Positions 1-7,317 of a DNA stretch of 25,226 nucleotides are shown here, piece after piece. Location of the stretch: the IMG/VR virus record IMGVR_UViG_3300034375_010173, positions 1 to 25,226 of that record. One strand, written 5' to 3'. Position 1 is the first letter of the stretch. Every line of letters starts with the position of its first letter. Below the pieces are notes generated by a model. The model ran no database searches, had not been told where the DNA came from, and worked only from the letters and a program-made list of their open reading frames with translations. Source of the DNA: a virus. Lineage: Duplodnaviria > Caudoviricetes. The translations under genes were made by a program, and so were the position numbers.

Positions 1-40
1 TGTATGCCCCCATTGCTCCACCGTGCTTCTTTCCGTACAT
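1..40 (-). CDS. 5' fragment of a small basic phage protein (MYGKKHGGAMGAY...), runs off the window edge
   Basis: ATG at 40 on the minus strand after purine-rich GAGAGAAG, open to the window edge. Translated by hand; not in the ORF track. Confidence 0.45.
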   Translation of the reverse strand, partial: MYGKKHGGAMGAY

Positions 41-102
41 CGTCTTCTCTCGTTGGAGATTAGCAAAATAGACCGAGCTTGGAGCTCGGGCTGGTAATTC
101 TG

Positions 103-255
103 TCACTTCTTTTTCTTTGCCCCAGCATCTGCGACTCGGAAGGTCTGGTTGGAAGGTCTCCCCTCCTCGCCCGGTTTCTTCATCCGCTCCCCACTGCCTG
201 CAGCAATACGAGCTCGTTTTTTTCGGATGTTGTCAAAGAGATTTGGTTTTGCCAT
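103..255 (-). CDS. 50-aa highly basic phage protein (MAKPNLFDNIRKKRARIAAGSGERMKKPGEEGRPSNQTFRVADAGAKKKK)
   Basis: Translated by hand; below the ORF-track cutoff. The 'NIxxKRxRIAAGSGExMxKPG' pattern resembles small basic proteins often found next to terminase/portal genes of aquatic podoviruses. Co-oriented and tightly packed. Confidence 0.8.
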   Translation of the reverse strand: MAKPNLFDNIRKKRARIAAGSGERMKKPGEEGRPSNQTFRVADAGAKKKK

Positions 256-269
256 AAATCACCATTTTC

Positions 270-1055
270 TTAGGAATACAAAAGACTACGGGGCCAAGTA
301 TTTGCCCCAAGCAAGTCAGGATCATCTGGGTTGTAGGTTCCACGGTTGTGGATGGATTTTACTTTGCGAGGATCAAAGATGATGATTTCGTTTTGTCGAT
401 ACCGTGGCATTGTGTAAGGATTCCCATAATCCGTAAAATCTTTCATAATCAATGCGTCGTATCCTTCCTCTTTTGCCTCTTCAATTCTTTCCTTCATCGT
501 TTCAGCATCGTATCTCCCACCTGTGTAAACCATAGGATTTTCCACATTTAGATACACAGGCATTGTCTGCCCTCGATACTCGTCAATGCGTTTGCCATCA
601 TCATCTAAAACAAATTCACCGTCTTCATTTCTGACATAGTTAGGCATTCGACCAGCAAACTCATCAGCAAATTTTTTGTCTTGAGTGAAGAACATTGCTC
701 CAGTGCCTACGGTGTCATCTGCCAAAGAGGTTGATCCAACATCAGGATCAAAACGGTCAAAATCTCTTTGTGTCCCGTGGTAAAAAACGATAGGGTTTCC
801 TTCTCTATCTTTAATCAAAGAATCTCCGAACCAGTTGCGGAAGTTTCTCTCCCGAACCAGAGGTTCTGTGACCACCAATCTCCCTTGATCATCGAGGTAT
901 CCCTCATCCAGTCCGGTCTCTGTTGGGTTCAGCAGTTCTCCCAGCAATCCTCCTCCCTTGCGGAAGATGGTCCTAGCAATGGATTCCAGAAAGTCGGGTT
1001 CCTCTAGTTCTGCAGGCTCATCTAATAAGCCTTGATAGACATCAAGTTTCTTCAC
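270..1055 (-). CDS. ART-PolyVal-like ADP-ribosyltransferase domain protein with an acidic N-terminal leader
   Basis: NFRNWFGDS..D..G.P.VFYHGT..DFDRFD, G.MFFT, G.TMPVYL..ENP, GYDALI, NEIIIF.P..VKS.HNRGTYN: the motif series of the ART-like domain of phage polyvalent proteins. Confidence 0.75.
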   Translation of the reverse strand: MKKLDVYQGLLDEPAELEEPDFLESIARTIFRKGGGLLGELLNPTETGLDEGYLDDQGRLVVTEPLVRERNFRNWFGDSLIKDREGNPIVFYHGTQRDFDRFDPDVGSTSLADDTVGTGAMFFTQDKKFADEFAGRMPNYVRNEDGEFVLDDDGKRIDEYRGQTMPVYLNVENPMVYTGGRYDAETMKERIEEAKEEGYDALIMKDFTDYGNPYTMPRYRQNEIIIFDPRKVKSIHNRGTYNPDDPDLLGANTWPRSLLYS

Positions 1056-1058
1056 AGA

Positions 1059-1340
1059 TCACCATTTTGTGCGAGCGGACCAGTACAGACTACTGAATTT
1101 ATTACGCAACCCACTGGGGTTTTGCGCGGAGTGTCTCGCGTAAAAACTACGCTTTCGTTTCTTCTCTTTATCCGACTTTGGATTGGATCCTGCGCCAGAC
1201 ACCCCTTGCTGCCCGAATCGGACCAGCTTGACCTTGTTGCCTTCCTTTGCTAGCACAGCGTGGCTTTTCTTCGGGTGATTCGGTGTCCTCTTTGGCTTGT
1301 TTACCCCAGCGAAAACCTCTCCTCGGTACGTGATACTCAT
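1059..1340 (-). CDS. Conserved small basic phage protein (DUF5824-like)
   Basis: MSITYRGEVFAGVNKPKRTPNHPKKSHAVLAKEG..VKLVRFGQQGVSGAG...RKRSFYARH...YWS..KW. Start moved to ATG 1340 (GAAGGA RBS, ATGA overlap with the upstream stop). Confidence 0.75.
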   Translation of the reverse strand: MSITYRGEVFAGVNKPKRTPNHPKKSHAVLAKEGNKVKLVRFGQQGVSGAGSNPKSDKEKKRKRSFYARHSAQNPSGLRNKFSSLYWSARTKW

Positions 1341-1591
1341 ATGTCCTTCTCCAGGCCAGTACACTGTCGAGCGAATGAGTCCCCCATCTCCTTACGTTGC
1401 TCCACGGTGAGCATCTGCAACTGCTTCTCGCTGACAACGTCTCGGAACTTATCAATCACACAACTGCACTGCTGGAGCGCATACTGGCTAGCGATCGGCT
1501 CCGGTGCGTGTTGCAGCATCGAGGGGATTACTGCCTGCATACAGGTCCAGGTCCAGGTGACGAGAAAGTAGGTTGTGTAGCTAGCAGACAT
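1337..1591 (-). CDS. Hypothetical protein with hydrophobic N-terminus and CSC...C motif
   Basis: Likely start MSASYTTYFLV at 1591 after AAGGATGG, overlapping the terL stop; fills the gap exactly. Confidence 0.55.
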   Translation of the reverse strand: MSASYTTYFLVTWTWTCMQAVIPSMLQHAPEPIASQYALQQCSCVIDKFRDVVSEKQLQMLTVEQRKEMGDSFARQCTGLEKDI

Positions 1592-2987
1592 TGGCGACCA
1601 TCCTTTTCTTGGTACGTACCTTGTGCCTACGATACTGGCCCCGAGCGTCAATCGCTCGGCTGGCCATCGAGATCATCAGTGCATCAGCGTAGTCTGGACT
1701 GTGACCTAATCGTTTTTTGGTTTCCGCCTTCGACTCAATTGCTAGTGTGCCATTACTGCGATAGTTGTAGCGGGTTGCGACCAGGTCCCTGACGAGCTCC
1801 TCGTTGTCTGGAATCGACACTTCTCCCTTGAACCAGTCTGCAAGCTCAAACCAGAGCTCTGCTCTCAGGTTCGCATACTTCTCACTCATACTCGGAGCCT
1901 CTCCCACATTCACACCCCTGGCTGGCAACCCAAGCTCTCTCAATCTATCAAGCACTCCGGATCCCAAGCCTACCGAGTCAATCAGGACCTCCTCTACCGG
2001 GAGATACCAATCTCGCTGATACAACTCCACCAGCCTTCCGGAGGTCTGCATCAGGTCGAGCTTCTTCCAGGAATGGACCTCGAGGACCCTACGACCCTGG
2101 CGGACTACCGCTACGGTTGAGTCATCTCCAAACCGGGCAATATCGGCAGCAATAATGATCGGGGTCTCCCTGGGTTGGTACACCTTGCGATGTCTGGCGA
2201 GCTCCACGTGTTCCATTGCAATGACGGTATCGTCATCACTCTTTGGAAAGAGACCCAGTACACGCACTCTGAAGGCGTTACTCTCCTCGCCTCCGTACTT
2301 GAGCCTCATCTCCTCGACGTATGCTGGACTCACCAGCGGAGAGTCGAGGCAACTGATTCGGAAGGTCTTCCAGTACGGCTTGAGCCGGTGATGAGTGTCG
2401 TAGAAAAAGCCAGAGCTCCTGACTCCGTTACCCAGGAGGAGGAACGTCGAATTGGATCCGGATGTCGATCCTAATGCACTCTCAAAAACCTGCTCAGGAA
2501 CCCCGGAAGCCTCGTCTGCAATCAACAGAATATTCTCACTATGCGCTCCAGCCAGGGCCTCTGGCTGTTCTGGTCGGCTTAACTTTGCTGCACAGAAGCT
2601 CTCGCTCGGAGCTCCTGCGAGCTCCACTCGATCCTGCTTGACGATCAACTGCTGTTGCAAAGGATCTGGCAGTTTCTTGATCCAGGTCTTGAATTCGGCA
2701 AACAAGGCATCATACAACTGGCCACTGGTTGGAGCCGTCACCAAGGTCTTCTGAGGATACCTGGTGAGCATATGCCAGATCATTGCCCAACTTGCGGCTG
2801 AACTCTTCCCAGTACCGTGGCCCGAGACCGTTGAACACTGCCGTACCTCCGGATCTGCTACTGCTCTCAGAAGCTCTGCCTGCCACTCCTGGGGCTCTAC
2901 TCCGAGAATATCCGTACAGAAGCCAACCGGGTCATTCTCATACCGGTCAAAGATCTGCTGAAAAACACTGACGTTGCTTTGGTTCAT
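1581..2987 (-). CDS. terL: Terminase large subunit
   Basis: Walker A SGHGTGKS, Walker B LLIADEA, coupling motif LLGN, RNase H-like nuclease ADIARFGDD, IDSVGLGSGVLDRL, C-terminal SPDYADAL. Confidence 0.95.
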   Translation of the reverse strand: MNQSNVSVFQQIFDRYENDPVGFCTDILGVEPQEWQAELLRAVADPEVRQCSTVSGHGTGKSSAASWAMIWHMLTRYPQKTLVTAPTSGQLYDALFAEFKTWIKKLPDPLQQQLIVKQDRVELAGAPSESFCAAKLSRPEQPEALAGAHSENILLIADEASGVPEQVFESALGSTSGSNSTFLLLGNGVRSSGFFYDTHHRLKPYWKTFRISCLDSPLVSPAYVEEMRLKYGGEESNAFRVRVLGLFPKSDDDTVIAMEHVELARHRKVYQPRETPIIIAADIARFGDDSTVAVVRQGRRVLEVHSWKKLDLMQTSGRLVELYQRDWYLPVEEVLIDSVGLGSGVLDRLRELGLPARGVNVGEAPSMSEKYANLRAELWFELADWFKGEVSIPDNEELVRDLVATRYNYRSNGTLAIESKAETKKRLGHSPDYADALMISMASRAIDARGQYRRHKVRTKKRMVANVC

Positions 2988-3002
2988 ATCCCTGATTGTG
3001 AG

Positions 3003-3238
3003 TAGGACCGGTCAAGCTGCTAGGAGACCCCTCTCCTATAGTGCTGGCCAGCACCACAAGCCCGGTCCTATTTTTCAGTGGAGCGCAGCGTAGGAGCTCT
3101 CATTCTCGGAAGGCCGATAGCATTTTAAGACTTCCAACTCCGTTTTGCTTTGATCTCCTGGCTACAGAGCCCTACTCGTCCACACTTCGTGGTCTGCCTT
3201 CGCGTGAGCGGCAGAAGCCATTCAACCGTTACGCTCCA
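3003..3238 (-). ncRNA. Candidate structured RNA(s) filling the rusA-terL gap: a three-way junction and a ~160-nt multistem domain
   Basis: Stems read by eye: 3003-3011/3062-3070 closing 3021-3027/3032-3038 and palindrome 3041-3054; 3079-3087/3230-3238 closing several inner stems. No convincing ORF. Confidence 0.4.
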
Positions 3239-3243
3239 ATTCC

Positions 3244-3624
3244 TTAGTCAATCCGAGTGATCTGGATCACTGCCTTGCCTCCCTTGATGACCTCCTTGCG
3301 GTGGATGTGCAGCCGATCAATCTGGTTATCGTTCGGAATGATTCCAGAGGCCTGCAACAGGTCGATCGTTGACTTCCCATAGTTGTCGATGTCCAACAAC
3401 CTCCGCGATGGAGGAAAGAGGCTGATGCTTACCATCAGACGATCTTCCTCCGAAAAGGATCCAGCCAGGTGCTCGAGCTCCTTGGAAAACTCCTTGTACT
3501 CCCTGCCCCGCTTCGAAAGGATCGATCTGCCATTCACACTACGATAGTAACCATTCACACTAATCGGCCAGGGTACGGTAATCTGCACTCGCCAGGCATT
3601 CTCCCTCTCCACGCTCTCTGTCAC
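3244..3624 (-). CDS. rusA: RusA-family Holliday junction resolvase
   Basis: PWPISVNGYYR start and DIDNYGKSTIDLLQASGIIPNDNQI catalytic D-x-D-N..K...D..D motif. Confidence 0.9.
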   Translation of the reverse strand: MTESVERENAWRVQITVPWPISVNGYYRSVNGRSILSKRGREYKEFSKELEHLAGSFSEEDRLMVSISLFPPSRRLLDIDNYGKSTIDLLQASGIIPNDNQIDRLHIHRKEVIKGGKAVIQITRID

Positions 3625-4574
3625 TGGCTCACTCTCAAGACCCGGAAACTAGAAACCTTCGAATACTGATCAAATAACTCTGGCTTGTCCTTCTTCAAAG
3701 CCTTCAAGTCTAAACTCTCCCTTGTCTGGGACTTCCAACTGGCTAGCTTCTCGTCTCCACACTGCAGAACCTCACACTCGCCAATCATCGACTTGATCTC
3801 TGCCTCCAGGTGCTTCCGCTGATCAGCAATCTCTACCTCCTGACCCTTCAGCTTGTTGTACTCCTCGATGATTCTCCGATCGTGCTCCCCACAAAGGGCT
3901 GTTGATTCCGATTCACTGTCCGGATACATCAAATCGTAGTCTGTACTCGTCATCTCCGTTGGAGGTGTTGTCGTCTGGACACACTGCCAGAAGGCCTTAG
4001 AAGCCTTGACCAGCCTCTCCTGGTCATCCAGATTCGGCCACACCCGATACATCCGGATGTCCCTGTCATCGAGGATCGCTACCGCCAGGTAAGCCGAGCC
4101 GAGTCCGGTTAACAGCAAGTATTGCTGTATCTGCCAGTAGTGCGACTTTGGGATCACCCCTACACAACTCTCCTCATTTGTGATCACCAAACCGTCCTGA
4201 CCGTAACTCCTCGCTGCTCTGGAAGTCGTCGTCTTGCACTCCAGTAACAGGTCCGCCTGACGACTCATCCGGTCAATATGCGCTACCAGGAAATCGTGCT
4301 CCGGATGCACAAAGCGCTTGTTGGCTCTCCGAAACTGCACATCCAACCGGTCACTCGCTGCCTGCGCAACCAAATCCTCAAAATAATGGCCCCAGGCGGT
4401 GGCGGTATTGCCCTCAAACGGCTGATCAATTCCAACCTTGACCCTCCAGAGCTCGTAAGGGCTCTGGTACGGATTGACCCCGAGAATCACTCCTGCATCG
4501 GATCCACCTAAAAAGTGCCTCCGGTCCTCTGCCGTAAACAAAGCTGAATTATTTTGATTATTTCCGTTACTCAT
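3621..4574 (-). CDS. YqaJ-like (lambda-exonuclease family) viral recombinase/exonuclease
   Basis: RRHFLGGSDAGVILGVNPY, WGHYFE, AHIDR, LECKTT, HYWQIQQYL motifs. Confidence 0.9.
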   Translation of the reverse strand: MSNGNNQNNSALFTAEDRRHFLGGSDAGVILGVNPYQSPYELWRVKVGIDQPFEGNTATAWGHYFEDLVAQAASDRLDVQFRRANKRFVHPEHDFLVAHIDRMSRQADLLLECKTTTSRAARSYGQDGLVITNEESCVGVIPKSHYWQIQQYLLLTGLGSAYLAVAILDDRDIRMYRVWPNLDDQERLVKASKAFWQCVQTTTPPTEMTSTDYDLMYPDSESESTALCGEHDRRIIEEYNKLKGQEVEIADQRKHLEAEIKSMIGECEVLQCGDEKLASWKSQTRESLDLKALKKDKPELFDQYSKVSSFRVLRVSQ

Positions 4575-4610
4575 AACAGCCGACCTCTTCTCTGTAAAGT
4601 TTGAAACTCA

Positions 4611-5129
4611 TTAGTCCTGGATCAACCTCTCAAAAGACCCGTCCTTCCGGAAGTCCAACTCCCGGAGCTCCTCCACCGGAAGATGGACCTTCGGACCACT
4701 CGTCCCCGCTACGTGTAACTCGTGTCTCGTAATCCGATACCTCCTCAGATTGTCATCGGCCTGCGTTACCCCAAATACCCGATACAACCCATCCGGATCC
4801 ACCAGGTAACGAAACACAAACCAAACCGGTATTCCACAGACCCGGTAGTCAATCAGCGCCTCACGCCACTTGTGATAGCTGATGATCTGCGTGGGGTATC
4901 TGTACTCCACCGGAACCTGCCGACGAGAGCCAACCTGCTTGAGCTCGAGGAGAGCTACCAGCACTCCGGTCTGGTCGTAGATCTCCAGGTCATACGTGTC
5001 GTACTTCCCAAACGTCCTCTCTGCGTGATAATGCGTCTGCTCGTTAATTAACGAAGCCAACAACCGCTCCTCACTCCCAGAGTCCAATACCGGTCTGCCC
5101 GGATCAAATATCACTCTCTGACTACTCAT
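4611..5129 (-). CDS. Putative PD-(D/E)XK nuclease-fold protein
   Basis: SEE...YDTYDLEIY...LLELKQ fits the E...D-x(n)-E-x-K pattern, followed by K...G.PVWFVF. Confidence 0.55.
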   Translation of the reverse strand: MSSQRVIFDPGRPVLDSGSEERLLASLINEQTHYHAERTFGKYDTYDLEIYDQTGVLVALLELKQVGSRRQVPVEYRYPTQIISYHKWREALIDYRVCGIPVWFVFRYLVDPDGLYRVFGVTQADDNLRRYRITRHELHVAGTSGPKVHLPVEELRELDFRKDGSFERLIQD

Positions 5130-5638
5130 CTGCGTTTCCTTCCTTGCTCAATTCTCTCTCTGGCCATCACGTCCTCCACTACCAGGATCGGAGGCCCGTG
5201 CTTCGAACACGATATTGACGTACTGTCCTCCTGCCAACATCCACAACTCTTCGAGCTCCCATACCTGAGAGCCGCTCCTCTGACAAAACTCTCCTCTCCA
5301 CAGTCACACAAACACCTCCAGAGAGCTCCCTCTCCTCCCCGCTTGCGGAAACGCTCAAAAGCCTCTCCCATTATCATCCGCTCCTGGACGACCAACCTGC
5401 CGTATCGGTTCCCTACCTCGTTGATTGCCTCTGTCGAGCATCCACAACTACGGATTCCTCGCTTGATGTTCTCTGCACTGATTCCCTTGATGACCCCACA
5501 GTCACACTCGCAAAGCCAGACCGCTCCCGAGGAGTATCTGCGAATCCTCTCAAACTCCGGTCCCTCGTCAATCTTGCGGATGATCCTCAACCTGCCGTGT
5601 CTCTCCCCTGTTCTTTCGCGGTATGTTCCCATTTTCAA
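5126..5638 (-). CDS. Protein with two tandem G.R.GRL...W.C.CDCG...SCGC zinc-binding repeats (N-terminal module of HNH/AP2-type phage endonucleases); no nuclease domain
   Basis: GERHGRLRII..WLCECDCG..SCGC and GNRYGRLVV..WRCLCDCG..KSCGC. Confidence 0.75.
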   Translation of the reverse strand: MKMGTYRERTGERHGRLRIIRKIDEGPEFERIRRYSSGAVWLCECDCGVIKGISAENIKRGIRSCGCSTEAINEVGNRYGRLVVQERMIMGEAFERFRKRGGEGALWRCLCDCGEESFVRGAALRYGSSKSCGCWQEDSTSISCSKHGPPILVVEDVMARERIEQGRKRR

Positions 5639-5868
5639 AAAATAAAAGATGACGGGCTGGTTCTCAGATCATCGGGTAGTGGGGGGGGGTAGTGATGGTA
5701 ATACTCCGACCAGGCTCGGTCCCAATATTCTTCTCCGTTCTTCAGACTGTCCTCGTTGGATGCTTCCAGGACCATTCTGGCTAAGTTCCCAATCGGATCC
5801 TTCCGGTCCTGCTGTTGGCTGAGCCACTCGAAAAAACGTCTGTGATGGGATCCGTAGGTCGGCTTCAT
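5635..5868 (-). CDS. YozE/SAM-like domain small protein
   Basis: FFEWLSQQQDRKDPIGNLARMV...AWSEY resembles YozE-SAM-like. Start set at ATG 5868; the ORF track extends it to 6015. Confidence 0.6.
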   Translation of the reverse strand: MKPTYGSHHRRFFEWLSQQQDRKDPIGNLARMVLEASNEDSLKNGEEYWDRAWSEYYHHYPPPLPDDLRTSPSSFIF

Positions 5869-6082
5869 ATGTTCTGGGTGTAGGGGAATTTGGGAGGTGT
5901 GGGTATGTCGTCGTCCACCCCGTACCCTTTTGAAAGACGCCCAGGGGGGCTCCCAGCGTCGAATTTGGCTGATAATGTTCCCAAGTGTTGCCCTTTTTGT
6001 TGCCCTTATCCCCATTATCCACAGTTAACCCTAGTATTTATGCGGATTATCGGTTCCCTATTTAGCCACCGAACCAAGCTAT

Positions 6083-6110
6083 ATGTTCGTTAAGATATAT
6101 TATCGAACAT
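6083..6110. other. dif-like (Xer) recombination site
   Basis: ATGTTCGTTAA-GATATA-TTATCGAACAT: 11-6-11 layout with TAA|6 bp|TTAT inner boundaries as in dif sites. The inverted repeat extends 6079-6089/6104-6114. Intergenic and AT-rich. Confidence 0.6.
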
Positions 6111-6158
6111 ATAGATTCTACTGATTGACCTCTGATATTTACTGGGCTAGAGAGGAAT

Positions 6159-6353
6159 TCAGATAAAATGAACAGGCGCGGCTAACCGCTGAAATATTAT
6201 CAGCGATGACGGCACGATGGCAACCACACCCACTCCCTTCTGAGGCATCTCTTTCAGTTGACGCTCAACCTCCCGCAGACACTTCAGCCTCTTCAACAGC
6301 CTAACCTCTTCCTTTAGCCTCTTGAGTTCCTGCCGATAGTCATCCTTTGCCAT
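6159..6353 (-). CDS. Hypothetical protein, coiled-coil N-terminus
   Basis: ORF track; GGGGG RBS-like sequence upstream; co-oriented with the operon. Confidence 0.5.
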   Translation of the reverse strand: MAKDDYRQELKRLKEEVRLLKRLKCLREVERQLKEMPQKGVGVVAIVPSSLIIFQRLAAPVHFI

Positions 6354-6368
6354 TTGACCCCCACTAGC

Positions 6369-6620
6369 TCACTTACCAGCACCAATCAACGCCCTATATC
6401 CTTCCCCTTCCTTTCCCTCCCACTCTCCACAGGAATCATCCCGCTGTACCAAAGGCCAAACAGCCATTCGATCTATGTCATTGGTAATAAAGACAACTTT
6501 GTACATCCTAGGTCTTGGAGCATATCTCTGGCAGTATCCCAACCCAGCGTGTACAGCATCGTCTGTTTTCCTAAAGAACCTACAACCCAAGCAAGTCTGG
6601 TCATCTTTAGTTTCTTTCAT
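6369..6620 (-). CDS. Cys-rich small protein (CxxC...GxCxxxxPRP...WP....D.CG.W), paralog 1
   Basis: Start reset to MKETKDDQTCLGCRFF (ATG 6620, GAAAGGTG RBS); four conserved Cys. Confidence 0.7.
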   Translation of the reverse strand: MKETKDDQTCLGCRFFRKTDDAVHAGLGYCQRYAPRPRMYKVVFITNDIDRMAVWPLVQRDDSCGEWEGKEGEGYRALIGAGK

Positions 6621-6665
6621 TTTCACCTTTCCCAATGAATCAACCCTTACTCCAAACAGAACCCC

Positions 6666-6866
6666 AACCTCCCGAAAGTTTGGCGACTGCACGGGTGATT
6701 GGGGCGGTAAAGCACCACTTAGCGAGGTGAATCGCCACTCGATGTTTAGGCGGGAGTCTCAGGGTACATCGAGCAACCCTTGAGATCGTCGTGAAAATGC
6801 GTCGGTAGACGAAGCTACGAGCTCCGCTTTCCTCAGAGTGTCTGCTCTGCCTTGAGGCCTCCGAGG
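6666..6866 (-). ncRNA. Candidate structured RNA including an H-type pseudoknot
   Basis: Pseudoknot at 6738-6785, adjacent stem 6681-6687/6731-6737 and hairpin 6666-6680, more hairpins at 6800-6866. Confidence 0.4.
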
Positions 6867-7031
6867 CTATCGACGCATTCGGGAGCAGTACCGGCAGGAC
6901 ACCTGTTCCTTTTCCCAGTACGGCATTTTATTTGGCTTATAACAGCCACACTGTGAGCAGAGCCGTAGCCTTGGAGGCTCGGCCTCTGCGACTTTGGTGA
7001 ATCTCCTCTCGAGTCGTTGGGAGAGAGTCAC
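6867..7031 (-). CDS. 54-aa zinc-ribbon protein (CSQC...CRYC)
   Basis: GTG at 7031 overlaps the upstream TGA (GTGA) with GAGG RBS; C-terminal part of the 6867..7115 ORF. Confidence 0.55.
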   Translation of the reverse strand: MTLSQRLERRFTKVAEAEPPRLRLCSQCGCYKPNKMPYWEKEQVSCRYCSRMRR

Positions 7032-7309
7032 TCGACCTCGATCTCGATGGGGAAGTAATCTCCACAGAACTCGTCTCTTTCGGTAACTGGCCAAAAAGCG
7101 TAGTAATCTTGACAATCTCCCATAGAGTGTCCAGAAGCCTCGTCAAGCGTCTTTAAGATTGGTCTAGGTGAATGCTTGTGACACTCCCCAATCGGATGCC
7201 TATGACGATTCTGAGCATCCCAGAAGGCACATCCGCTACATCTCCCCATCTCTCTTCTCACTCTGACACCAAGATTCTGCTCTGGGCCTCCAGACGATAA
7301 CTCTTCCAT
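7028..7309 (-). CDS. Cys-rich small protein, paralog 2 (CSGCAFW...GECHKHSPRP...WPVTERDEFCGDY)
   Basis: Strong AAGGAGG RBS; same motif as 6369..6620. Confidence 0.75.
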   Translation of the reverse strand: MEELSSGGPEQNLGVRVRREMGRCSGCAFWDAQNRHRHPIGECHKHSPRPILKTLDEASGHSMGDCQDYYAFWPVTERDEFCGDYFPIEIEVE

Positions 7310-7317
7310 AGACCTCC

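Noticed and set aside
5681-5689. G9 tract as a phase-variation switch
   Set aside because: It encodes a Pro run near the C-terminus of a small ORF, so slippage would alter only the tail; no other support.
5669-6022. 117-aa alternative ORF and the N-terminal extension of 5635..6015
   Set aside because: Low-complexity translation; it overlaps the YozE-like frame, whose recognisable part starts at 5868.
6738-6800. Programmed -1 frameshift at the pseudoknot
   Set aside because: No X XXY YYZ slippery site and no credible ORF reading into it.
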